From Macrostomum hystrix (taxonomy: Eukaryota; Animalia; Platyhelminthes), in contig CATNEN010000008.1 in the NCBI GenBank assembly GCA_950097015.1, forward strand, positions 1,116,001 to 1,180,000: 64,000 nt of DNA, written 5' to 3'. Shown piece after piece: positions 35,801 through 46,919 of this stretch. Under the pieces are notes generated by a model, which saw only the letters and a list, made by a program, of their open reading frames with translations, was not told the origin of the DNA and did not search any database. Position 1 is the stretch's first letter. Each line of letters begins with the position of its first letter. Made by a program: the position numbers and the translations under genes.

Positions 35801-36936
35801 AGGTCAGAATGTTGGGTCCGGTGTCCAGGAGGTCATTAAGCGCAGTCCCAGCCAGAGAAGTCTTGGCGGAGGCGTCGACGACGGGGCGGATCTTGGTTGT
35901 GCTTGAGCTCTCCTTAAATACCGGGAAATGTGGCAGGACATGGACGACTGGGCCGGCTGGCTGGTCGGTGGTAACGAGTTCTAGGACTCCTTCGTCTTTG
36001 CGCTTCTCGAATTCTGCGTAATAGGCCTCGCGTTCGGGAAGACTGAGACGGCGGTGAGTGGCTTGAGCGCGACCGAAGGCCTGGCCGAAATTGGAAGGCA
36101 GAAGCTCTGCACCAGGCTTGAACGGCAGGTCCACGAAGATGCGACCCTCCGGGTCGCGGCTGGCGTTGGCGAGGAGGCGTCGGGAGGCGTCATCTTGCAT
36201 GCAGGGCTTTCCGGCGTCTTTGTCGATGCCCAGAGCTTCGAGATTCGACATGCTGTCGAGTAGCTGTTCGAGACGGAGTCCGTTGTCGTTGAGATAGGTG
36301 TTAGCGACTAGTGCCTGAGACGAGCCTAGGAGGCCGTTGACGCGGCTGTTCGTTGTGCCTAGGGAGCCGTTGAGGATGGCACCGAATGGTGTCAGGTAGG
36401 CCGTGAGCGTTGGGCGCAGCGCCAGAGCAGGAACCGCGGGGCCGATGAGTAGTTGGTTGACGTCGCCGCCGAGGATGAGATCAAGAGAAACGTCCCTGTC
36501 GTGAGCGGGCGGCAGGTTGCAGACGCCGTTGGGTACGCTCTTGAGGGTGTTAATGACGTCCTTTGGGAGGTTGACAGCAGGCATGTAGATTGGAGCTGCC
36601 AGCTGTTCGGAGGCGAGGGCGGTGATTGGCCAGCGGCGGCCGTCTGGAGCCTGGAGGTCAAAACTCACGAGGTCTGCTGTGACTTGACGTCTGGACTCCG
36701 CGTGGAAGGTGGAGGTGGCTAGAGTGAGCCTTTTGGCGGCCTTGAGGCCAAGCTTGCGTGTGACGGCACCGTCAATGTGCGAATATGAGCAGCCCGAGTC
36801 GAGTAGAATGTTACAATCGACCGAGCGGCCATCCTTGGGATTGATGGCTTTCGCTTGGAAGGTGGCCATGATATTCGGAGTGAGGCCTCCGTCGACTGAA
36901 GCAGAGACGAGGGAGTTGGCCGTCTCTTTAGAGTCA
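32808..36936 (-). CDS. pol: BEL/Pao pol part of the gag-pol polyprotein (protease, RT, RNase H, integrase)
   Basis: Motifs LLDSGCSYSHI, LPHFPVFKESSSTTKIRPVVDAS, SDLKVAFYQI, YVDN, FSDGAPGAYG, VPRLEL, NPADHCTK, PWHQGAVERLV and FWDRWNREYL. It is in frame with gag once the 36937-37809 insert is removed. Confidence 0.93.
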
Positions 36937-37005
36937 CTGTGGTAGTGTAGCTCGCTTTAAAATTAGCAAAAGAGCAAACGTCAAGACAAACATTTATTAT
37001 TTAAA

Positions 37006-37046
37006 CTGCCGACGCGTTTCGTCCAAAGCGGACATCTTCAGGGCAA
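37006..37046 (-). ncRNA. Minimal type I hammerhead ribozyme in the PLE 3' repeat
   Basis: UUGCC-CUGAAGA-U-GUCC(GCUUU)GGAC-GAAA-CGCG-UC/GGCAG: complete core, palindromic stem III, and one extra nucleotide after A9. Confidence 0.8.
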
Positions 37047-37203
37047 ACGAACCATAAAAAACACAACCGAACATGTATTTAAATTAAATCGAAAAATATT
37101 GAGCGAACAAATAGAACAGAGGGAACGAAAAAGCATGCTGTAAACTTTTGAACGACCAATCAGTGAAGAGGGAGCAACCACCTCACCACCGAGTACATCG
37201 AGA

Positions 37204-37725
37204 TCAAAAAATTCTGAGTTGTTGCTCCATACCTTTACTCACAAGCTGAATGTTTAAGCTAGGGTTGTACTTCCTAATGTACGTAGCTTCCAACAGTTTT
37301 AGTTTTCTATCATTGTTACAAACATCTAACACCTTGAACAACTGCAAAGGCTCACAGTCACAACACGCCTTGCACACGAAAAGGTGGTCTTTAATGGCCG
37401 AAGACCCAAGCCAGTGCTCCCTTACCCTCTTGTGCAGATGTCGTTTCGTTTTTCCGATATAGGAAACACCCTGATCAACAGAGCAATGAAATTGATAGAC
37501 GACACCAGCCTTAAGTGGGAGAGGAACACTAAATTTGAGTCTGCTCGCGTAACGCGCAATCTTTTCAGTCCTGAACACAACTCTAATTTTGCAGTTGAGC
37601 AGTCTAAGAAACCTCTTTTCTAACTTCTTTTTAAACTCAATCGAAGCAGATCCAAGAAATGGTAAAATCATCAGCGAGACCGAAGATTCCGTCTCCGAAA
37701 CCTTCCCGTGTTGCACGCAGGACAC
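37204..37725 (-). pseudogene. C-terminal GIY-YIG endonuclease of a Penelope-like element (RT missing)
   Basis: LPFLG...RVVF...GVVYQFHC...YIGKTKRHLHKRVREH...AIKDH...LLEATYIRKYNPSLN. Confidence 0.9.
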
Positions 37726-37809
37726 TTTTTCAGAAACAAACTGGTTAACAATACGTTAACCAGTTAACATTACTTTACAATGTTTGTCTTGACGTTTGCT
37801 CTTTTGTTA

Positions 37810-39275
37810 TCTTTAGAGTCAGCGTCTGCACTGGCGTTGAGATGAGCGTTAGAGCGGGGATAAGTCGAGGGGCACCCAGAACCACCGAAGTTGGCTCCAT
37901 GAAGCGTCGTGTGGTGTGGAGCATTGCACTCGCGGCAACGTCGACTGTCACGGCAGTCCTTAGTGTGATGAGCATGGAGGCAGTTGCGACATAAGTTCTT
38001 TTCCCGTATAATCTTAAGGCGAGCGTCGGGATTGCGGACCTTGTCGCAAAGGGTGGCAGCATGGTCCGAGCTTTCGCAGTAGAGGCAGGGACGGCTGGGT
38101 TTGTAGAGCCGTTGTCCAGCAGTGGGAGTGGTGGACGTTGATGAGCGGATTGGAGGGTCGGTGCGAGAAGTGAAGCTGGTACGAGGCGCAGGGCCGGTGC
38201 GATTTGTGGGACCAACTCGAGGAGTGTTCGGTACCGATGGACGGATATTGCTGGAGTTACGAGTAGGCAGCGCTCGGGAGTTATCGCTACCCAGGAGACT
38301 GGCAGAGGCGTATGGTGCGACGGGCGTGGTGATTGATGCGGCTCTAAGCGTCTTGACCTTGCAGTCGAGGTGACCTTGGAGCTGATCCATGGTCGGTATC
38401 AGAGGTTGCCCGTTGGTGGCGCGGATATTTCGGATCTCACTCTGGAGCTCGAATGGGAGGCGGCTCCATAGGGCATAGACGTAACCGTCGAGGGTACGTA
38501 CAGGTTCTCCGAGGCGAAAGAGCTGGCCAGTAGCGAGACGGAGGGCGTCGGTGAAGGCCTCCAGCTCGTCAAGGTCGGAGGCGGAGCCACAGTGGAGTGT
38601 GAAAAGGCGTTGGAAGGAGGCGTTCAGTTGCTCCTGATCGTCGGCGTAGTTGGCCTGGAGGACGCGGCATGCCTCTTTATAGGCGCCAGACTGACAGGCA
38701 TCGAGAGCACCCAGTTTTCTCAAAGCAGGGCCGGAGAGTAGACCACGAAGGGCCTCGAACTTGTCGACTTCGTGTAGGCTGGAGCGGTCGACGCGGTACA
38801 GGAATGACTGCCAGAAGCCTGGGAAAGCGGCAGGGTCCGTGCCGTCGAACGTCTGTACGTTTACGTTCTTGAGAATAGTTGAGCTGATGAGGCCAGCCCG
38901 GTCGTGTTCCGTACGTGTGGAATGAGAGACAGGCGTCGAAGCAGGATGGGCAGTATTGGAGGCGCACTGCTGCATGAACTGCTGATTTTGCTGGACGATT
39001 TGCTGCATCATCGCCTGGTTTTGTTGTTGCTGTTGCTGCTGTTGCTGCATGAAGCCCAATAATAATCCTAGCATCTGAGTCATGCAGTCTGTAGTTGCTG
39101 CGAGATTCGTAGGCGAGGCGCCCGCTGTCGATGGACCATTGGCTTCGGTTGGTGGTTGTGTCGTGGCGGAGGCAGAGGCAGCAGCAGAGATGGCAATCGG
39201 TTGGAGGCCTGTGGCTTGATCCTGTGGCTGGATCTGGTCGTCTGTTGAGTCTGTCATGGATCGCGTGTTAACCAT
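37810..39275 (-). CDS. gag: BEL/Pao gag part of the polyprotein
   Basis: ATG 18 nt after the PBS; FDGTDPAAFPGFWQSF...DKFEALRGLLSGPA (DUF1759-like); zinc knuckles CLYCESSDHAATLC, CRNCLHAHHTKDC and CRECNAPHHTTLH. Confidence 0.92.
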
Positions 39276-39608
39276 GTTGACGCTCTGCTACCAATTTTGT
39301 CGTTTTGACAATCAACTAAGTTAGTGTAGTTTGGTAGATATATAGTTTATTTGGTGGCAGTGGAAGCAAAGGTAAGGCAGACAGAAAGGAAACTTGGACA
39401 CACTTGAGGGGTGCGAAACTAATAGAACCTGTAACTGAGAGGAGGTCTTGAACATAGACATAAAAGTTGTAGACGCAAAGCAAGAGGCCACAGACATAAA
39501 TAAGGTTAGCTGCAACTAATGCGTTAAGGGAGACTGAAAGTACATGAAAACGTAAGACGAAGGCGAAGGTCCAAAAGAGGCAAAGAATTGGAGGATTATA
39601 ATCCGACA

Positions 39609-40982
39609 ATGGTTTCCAAGAAACTATGGTTTCCAAGAAACTATGGTTTCCAAGAAACTATGGTTTCCAAGAAACTATGGTTTCCAAGAAACTATGGTTT
39701 CCAAGAAACTATGGTTTCCAAGAAACTGTGGTTTCCAAGAAACTGTGGTTTTTTTCAAGAAACTGTGGTTTCCAAGAAACTGTGGTTTCCAAGAAACTGT
39801 GGTTTCCAAGAAACTGTGGTTTCCAAGAAACTGTGGTTTCCAAGAAACTGTGGTTTCTAAGAGACTGTGGTTTCCAAGAAACTGTGTTTTTCCCCCAAGA
39901 AACTGTGGTTTCCAAGAAACTGTGTTTTTCCCCCAAGAAACTGTGGTTTCCAAGAAACTGTAGTTTTTTTCTAGAAACTGTGGTTTTTTTCTAGAAACTG
40001 TTGTTTTTTCAACAAAATGTGGTTTCCAAGATACAGTTTTTTTCTTCAAGAAACTATGGTCTTTTTCAAGATACTGTGGTTTCCAAGAAACTGTGGTTTC
40101 CAAGAAACTGTGGTTTCTAAGAGACTGTGGTTTCCAAGAAACTGTGGTTTCTAAGAAACTGTGTTTTTTCTCCAAGAAACTATGGTTTCCAAGAAACTGT
40201 AGTTTTTTTCTAGAAACTGTGGCTTTTTTCTAGAAACTGTGGTTTTTTTCAAGAAACTGTGGTTTCCAAGAAACTGTTTTTTTCTTCAAGAAACTGTGGC
40301 TTTTTTCAAGATACTGTGGTTTCCAAGAAACTGTGGTTTTTCAAGAAACTGTGGTTTCCAAGAAACTGTGGTTTCCAAGAAACTGTGGTTTCCAAGAAAC
40401 TGTGGTTTCTAAGAGACTGTGGTTTCCAAGAAACTGTGTTTTTTCCCCAAGAAACTGTGTTTTCCAAGAAACTGTAGTTTTTTTCTAGAAACTGTGGTTG
40501 TTTTCTAAAAACTGTGGTTTTTTTCTAAAAACTGTGGTTTTTTTCTAGAAACTGTGGTTTTTTTCAAGAAACTGTGGTTTCCAAGAAACAGTTTTTCTCT
40601 TCAAGAAACTGTGGTTTCCAAGAAACTGTGTTTTTCCCCCAAGAAACTGTGGTTTCCAAGAAACTGTAGTTTTTTTCTAGAAACTGTGGTTTTTTTCTAG
40701 AAACTGGTTTTTTTTCAAGAAACTGTGGTTTCCAAGAAACAGTTTTTTTTCTTCAAGAAACTGTGGCTTTTTTCAAACTATGGTTTCCAAGAAACTGTGG
40801 TTTCCAAGAAACTGTGGTTTCCAAGAAACTATGGTTTCCAAGAAACTGTGGTTTCCAAGAAACTGTGGTTTCCAAGAAACTGTGGTTTCCAAGAAACTGT
40901 GGTTTCCAAGAAACTGTGGTTTCCAAGAAACTGTGGTTTCCAAGAAATTGTGGTATCCAAGAAATTGTGGTTTCCAAGAAAC
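39609..40982. repeat. 17-bp minisatellite (ATGGTTTCCAAGAAACT)n, continuing 32126-32172
   Basis: Tandem units on both sides of the BEL element, degenerating into T-run variants. Confidence 0.94.
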
Positions 40983-42308
40983 TCATGTTTTTTTATGTAA
41001 GACAAATTTTTTATTTTTACGTAATAAAAAAAATAGGTACGTAATAATATATATATATATTTACGTTAGTCACAGGGGGTGCCGAAGGATGCCCCCTGTA
41101 GCTAAGTCAAAGTCAAGACAGAGGGAAGAGTGACAGAGGGAAGAGTGACAGTAGGAAGAATGACGGAGTGAAGAGTGACGGAGTGAAGAGTGACAGAGTA
41201 AAGAGGGAAGAGTGATAAAGTGAGGAGTAACAGAGTGACGGAGTGAAGAGTGACAGAGTGAAGAGGGAAGAGTGATAAAGTGAGGAGTAACAGAGTGACG
41301 GAGTGACGGAGTGAAGAGTGACAGAGTGAAGAGGGAAGAGTGATAAAGTGAAGAGTAACAGAGTGACAGAGTGATGGAAGGAAGAGTTACAGAGTGAAAT
41401 AGTGACAGTCCCTCCAGAGTGAAGAGTAACAGTGAGACAGTGTGAGAGAGTTTAGAAGTGAATGAATTTATCACAGAATGCGAGTAACAGCAGTGTGATG
41501 TTGCGAAGCGTCGTGCGAAGATCATAAGCAACTTCCTTCGAAAAGCTCTAAGCAGCTGTAGGCACTGTCGCAAAGATGTCTATCACATTTTCAGAAGGCC
41601 ATTTTTGGACTGATGACGTCAGGTTTAACAAATTTTCGAAAACTACCTAAGCTATTCGCTAACTAGAAACAGGAAATATTTTATGGCTTTCAGGTGCAAA
41701 ATAGCCAGACTTTTTAAGCAGTTAATTCAATACGAATGACAAATTTACAATTGCATCTTGCCTAGTTTTCGTCTTGTTCATCGTAACAATCGCGTGTAAA
41801 CAAAATTGCATTTAAAAGTACGGGAAATAGTTTAACAAAACGCTGAATCAAACGAACAATCCAACCCTGTGGAATAAGTTATGAAAAATAAGTAACCAAC
41901 TAGTATCTTTTAAATATGTTTTACCCTCCACATAAAAAATTTAGATTTTACTATTTTTTGGATTTTACTACTGAATTTCTTGTACCACAAAACTAATTGT
42001 ACCACAAAGCCATACTTTCAGTAGAATTAGATGTAAATTACATCGTTTTGATTTAAGCAATTTCTTCCTCAAAGCAGACATGTCAAGCATAGTCATTGTT
42101 GCATACTCTAATTTAATTTCTTAAATTTATAAAAAATAAAGACAAACGTATGATTCTTGCCTGTGACTGATATGAAGAACATTTTTATCTGAACGAACAA
42201 AGTCCAACTGTTAAACCAAAGCGTGGTTAAATGTTGCATTTTTTAAATACCAGCAATTATCGAGAATCATGAGAACACACAGTTATTCTAGTAGACCTAG
42301 TAAACGTG

Positions 42309-42951
42309 ATGCTTTCATCGTTAATTATTGAGTTGGTAACAAAGAAGCTTTCCAGCATTCCAGGTGCATTTAATTTCATTGTTATTATTGGGGTGCTGCT
42401 GGCTCGATATTGGGTGTCAGTCGGACAGCCAGTAAGAAGGCTAAATATTGGAGCTAAGTATTGGAGCGGGAACCTGAGCCCCAGTTCCTGTCCAAGTTGC
42501 GTCGGGGCGTCGCAGGTGTGCCAGGGCGCCAGTTTGAATCTTCCCGGCGACATCCTGCTAGGCGGCCTGTTCCTAGTGCACGAGAAGGCGGCGCCGCGAG
42601 GCTGCGGCCAAATTAGCGAGAATCGCGGGGTTCAACGACTCGAGGCCATGGCTTATGCCCTGCAGCTGGTCAACCGGCCAGACAGCCCTCCGCCCCGCCT
42701 CACTCTCGGTGGCCGACTGTTCGACACCTGCGCCAGGGACACGACGCACGCCTTGGAGCAGAGCATAGACTTGGTAGCCGACAGGCTGAGCAGCCTAGAC
42801 GGATTCAGTCCAGCTGGTGACCAGCTGCGCTGCAGCGGCGCTTCACTCGGAGGCGCCAGCGTGAGGACGCGGAAACAGGTGGCCGGAGTGACCGGAGCTG
42901 CCGACTCCTCTGTCAAGCATCATGATCGCCAACATCCTGAGGCTCTTCAAG
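42309..42951 (+). pseudogene. mGluR-like exon 1, copy 2, with a 1-bp frameshift
   Basis: GDILLGGLF...RLEAMAYAL...LGGRLFDTCARD..HALEQS...VAGVTGAADSSV. An extra A near 42915 breaks SIMIANILRLFK, which ends at a GT donor (42952). Confidence 0.88.
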
Positions 42952-43208
42952 GTTGGCGGTCGGGTTGAGCAATTTCTTTGAGGATATTATTCATTTCTTG
43001 GAAAGCCACATAATTTTCTTAGAATGCAGTTTCGTGCTTCAACGTTTCTACCTTAATTTTACTTTATAGCTTTCTTCTACCTTACTAAGGTACATTACTT
43101 CGAGCAGCGTGTTTCTACTTCTCTAAGTTTCTATGTTTCTACATTTCTCAGGTAACCACCGGGTTTGCTTAGAATTACAACAAAATATTTGCACAGAGTG
43201 GCCCAGAG

Positions 43209-44842
43209 TGGCCATTTGTTAAGTAGCTAACGAAAGTACGTACAAAAATGTTTTTTTTACTTTTAAGTACACAATGTACTACAAACAGGAGAATTTTATT
43301 GGCAGCCCGATGCTGACACTTACCGCTGAACAGTCTTCACGTCTTTATGGCCAGTTATTTTGCAGATCTGCTCCAAACGAAAGCCAGCTTCGTGCAACTC
43401 ATAAATGACGGTGCCCAGTGTAGACTTTGGACAACTGTGCAGTCGCTGAAATCTGATTCTGAACTGGGCCATCAGATTCTGAAGCGCATTCACGCCCATT
43501 GGCTTTGTTGTGTACAAGTGAGCAGCCTTTTTGCCGATGCTAGGCATAAGAAACAGAGGCATGTTACTCTCGGCAGTCCCAGCCGAAAGGCTAGCCTCCC
43601 GCTTTTCCAAGTACAACTTGATCGCAGCCACAGGGCAGTGCTCTCCGCCGGTCGACTTCACAATGGCTTCTCTCGATTGTCTTCCATTGCGCCCGGCGAT
43701 AGTCTTGTGCCGACGGTTTTCTCGAGTCCTCCATTATGTCGCACAGTCTCCACTCCACTCCGCAACTCAAACACCAGACTGTTGACATTGAGCGATCGGA
43801 GCCATTCACGACCTCGCTGACCGAAGTAATAGAGCAGAATGAAGTACACCTCGTGTAGAAGCTTCGTCCCATTTGAGCGGTCGAAGTACGTCCACATTTT
43901 GTTAAGATCGTCCTTCTCCATCGCCTCGTAATGCCTAATGCGACCGCCATTTTTTAGGAACATTCGACAAACAGCCTTCAAGGCTAAATTCGCAATATGA
44001 AACTTTTCACCTTCAATGATGTTAATGGCCCTGGTACGCCTGAAATACCGAAACAAGCCGGCTCGAAAGCAGATTAGACTAGACGGTGCTTAGAAGCTCC
44101 CATCTTGCTTCCTAAGAGTGGCATAAAAGAACTTCAGCTTTTCCGCAAGCTCGTCCTCAGTGCAGGATCCAGCTTCAAAGCTTTCGAATTTGTACTCTCG
44201 AAGAAATACTTGGAAGCGGTCAATAGCCGATTCTTCTTGCTTTTCGGTAGAGATGACCATGGTCTCCTCGTCCTGTCTGTCGACAATCGCTTGCAGTTCA
44301 GTTGTGGAACCTCCAACATCCGGAATTGATTCCGAGTCTTCACCCTCCACCAAGGGAATCCGATTGAATAGTTCTTCCAGAGTAGGTAGGAGCGGCTCAT
44401 CATCGAACATCGTCCGCTCGATCAACGCACTTCTGTCCATGAGCTCTACATGCTTCTCGATTTCCGCCGTAGTCAAGCCGATTATGCAATTGTCCGGGAA
44501 TTGAGACAGATGAATAATGTTTTCAAATGAACGCACACTGAGACGAACAAATATCGCGCTGTAGTGGAGAGAAAGATATTCCTTGCCTCCCTCAACCCTG
44601 TTCTTTGCAAATTGCCATAGACAAAAATGAATAGGCACTGTTGGCTAGTCAATATGACAATGTGATTGAAGCACGGCTTGCAAGTGCACTATCTTTCCAT
44701 TGAGACCTCGGAGACCTGGGCGGACCTGGGCCAACTTTGTCGCAGCTAGACAACTTTGTCTATGGAAAAACCTTATCTAAGCTGAGCAAAACTTAGGAGA
44801 GAGATTTTCGTCTCTACGCCAAATTGATCGCAGTTTTGGCCA
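43209..44842 (-). mobile_element. Degenerate Crypton-type tyrosine-recombinase DNA transposon
   Basis: Recombinase remnants bounded by candidate 6-bp direct repeats TGGCCA (43209-14, 44837-42); the boundaries are tentative. Confidence 0.65.
43320..44638 (-). pseudogene. Crypton/DUF3504-type tyrosine recombinase, fragmented
   Basis: Across frames: ELAEKLKFFYATLRKQDGS; YYFGQRGRE; HCPVAAIKLYLEKR; KPMGVNALQNLM; ISATAQLSKVYTGH (HxxR motif partly deleted); LHEAGF...ICKITGHK. A TAA stands where the catalytic Tyr is expected. Confidence 0.8.
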
Positions 44843-45417
44843 ACTAGATCGCAATTAGATCCCAAAACCGAAAGGATTGAATCAGAAACTGGGACGATTG
44901 AATCCAAAACTAGGATGATTGAATCCGAAACTGAGTCTATCTAATGCTAAACGTCAGTCAATCTCATGCCAAATCCCCACGAGTCTCATGCTAAAGTCCA
45001 CAATCACGCCACCAGTGCTTCTCTGTGATCACTTGCAGGCAACACTCGAAGCACAGCAATTGCTAAGCGATGCGCTATACAAAAAATACTAGTTAAAATT
45101 TATTTTTTAGAAATATTTTTTTCTGTATCTCAGAGCGGTTTCAAAATTTAGTTGAGAATATGTATCCGTTTCGCAGCAACGTCGAATACACAGAGATAGT
45201 CCTGAAGATTTTCCATATTGATTGCAACGCAAACGCAACATCTACATTCCTGAAGGTAAAAATGTAGTTCCTGAGAATGAAAAAGTTTTCTTCTGCTCGT
45301 CTGCGCTTAACGTTAAAAATGCCAAGCCACCAAATGCTATATATTAGCGACTGAGACATTCAAATCAAACACCAATTTCTCGATTCGTTAATTGAAACTG
45401 CCAGAAATTGAATTAGA

Positions 45418-45978
45418 ATGCCCAATCAAAGCAGTTTTCTCATCTTACTGAAGCTGGTCCTACTGGAAGTCTGGCTAGCTCTGCCTCTTGAAGCTTCGCA
45501 ACGCGCAGTCATCAGCCAAAGCTCGCTGGTTAAGCTGAAGAATGTGCGAACTGGGAATTACATTGGCGTGAATGTTGATAACCACCTGAAAGTCATACGT
45601 ACGTATGTGTGTGACACAAAGTATTTTTTGGACGTCACAACCGATAGTCCAGCCTCAATCCTACTCGAAGACGCCTGGCATGACTCTAAGAAGATTCGCA
45701 TACAATTGTACGAAGATGCGCCTCCTCGATTCTACGCACAATGCATCACCGACATCACAATCTTTCTTAGACAAGGAGACGATGATCGTGGTCAGATGTG
45801 GTTCATGGTGAATCAGGACAAATCGCTGAAAATAAAAGATGGTGACATTGTAACCATCAGGAATATGTACTGGACCAACGCCTACATTGTTGACACATCG
45901 CCGAAGCGATCGTTTCATAGCAGTATTGCTTGCCAGAACAATGTTCCAGATAAATGGAAAGTCATTATGATCAAGTAA
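45418..45978 (+). CDS. Secreted beta-trefoil-like protein, paralog 2 (186 aa, intronless)
   Basis: Intact ORF colinear with 17551-18108; 3 conserved Cys; identical DKWKVIMIK end; AATAAA at 45996. Confidence 0.82.
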   Translation: MPNQSSFLILLKLVLLEVWLALPLEASQRAVISQSSLVKLKNVRTGNYIGVNVDNHLKVIRTYVCDTKYFLDVTTDSPASILLEDAWHDSKKIRIQLYEDAPPRFYAQCITDITIFLRQGDDDRGQMWFMVNQDKSLKIKDGDIVTIRNMYWTNAYIVDTSPKRSFHSSIACQNNVPDKWKVIMIK

Positions 45979-46274
45979 GACCCGGAACTCTTAGAAATAA
46001 ACTGCCTAGTCAGTTGTTCGAATCGTTGTGCAGAATATCATTCTTTTAGCTGAAATCTCTTTTTATTTTCTTCATACGACTAAAATGAGAAAGACAAACG
46101 ACTCAATCTTTAGCTGTGAGAAAATAATTAAATAAATTGTCACAATAATGTCGGAATCAAAATCTAACTACGAAAATTTAGCGCGCACAATAGATACAAT
46201 AGCTCAGTGTGAGGTGTTAGTGGTGTAGAAACTATGCGATGAAAAGTTCACAAATGATGTGCCGTCGCATGCAG

Positions 46275-46854
46275 GGGGCGAGTGGGTCAGCGGCTAACGT
46301 CGCTGCCTCGCACTCCAAAGGACGCTAGTTCGATTCACCCTTCAAGTCACGATTAATTTCGGGACTTGTTGGGGGGGTTTGGACAGTAGCGACCGGCGGA
46401 GGTGCACCATATTTCGTGCAATCAAAGCTTGAAATAATAGCTTCGCTCCTGCCTTCTGCATGCCTGCTTGTTTGTGTTTGTGTTTGTGCGTTGGGCCGGG
46501 TGTGAGGCGTTGTATGGGGGGTGGGGCGGGTGTGCACCAGCCATGCGTGCTCTGAGCGGCGAGGTTTCACCAGCCGTCTGCGCGCGTGACTTGGTCCTCT
46601 CGTCCCTACCCTTCAGGCATGTAAGTCCTCCCCTTGTTTGGTCAGCTCTGTGCGTGTGCGGGCCTGGGGTGAGAGGCACTCCGGCTGCCACCCCCTTCCC
46701 CGCTTGGCTTGCGGCTGTGTATGAGGTGCCTGTGTTCAGGGGTCTAGATGGCGCGATGGGCGACTCCCGCCTAGTTCGCCGGCCTGGGGGCATGCCGTTC
46801 CTGCGCTTGTGCGTCAAGTGCCCCAGGCCCCCCTGCAATTAAGTAAAGTAAAAA
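46275..46854 (+). mobile_element. tRNA-derived SINE (580 bp) with a LINE-like 3' tail
   Basis: 14-bp TSD GCCGTCGCATGCAG (46261-74, 46855-68); A box TGGGTCAGCGG (46283-93); B box GTTCGATTC (46328-36); ends in CCCCTGCAATTAAGTAAAGTAAAAA. Confidence 0.88.
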
Positions 46855-46919
46855 GCCGTCGCATGCAGCCCTTCTGTTATTATTGTTATTATTATTACTA
46901 TTATTTACCATCGCTTCAG

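Larger units (their letters stand above)
36937..37809 (-). mobile_element. 5'-truncated Penelope-like element fragment
   Basis: 12-bp TSD TCTTTAGAGTCA at 36925-36936 and 37810-37821; GIY-YIG ORF; 28-bp inverted copy of the 3' tail at the 5' junction (about 36967-36994 vs 37779-37806). Confidence 0.9.
32173..39608 (-). mobile_element. BEL/Pao LTR retrotransposon inserted in the 17-bp satellite
   Basis: 311-bp LTRs at 32173-32483 and 39298-39608 with TGTCG...CGACA termini; 5-bp TSD ATGGT; PBS TGGTAGCAGAGCGT (39293-39280, matching the initiator-tRNA-Met 3' end over its first 11 nt). Confidence 0.96.
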
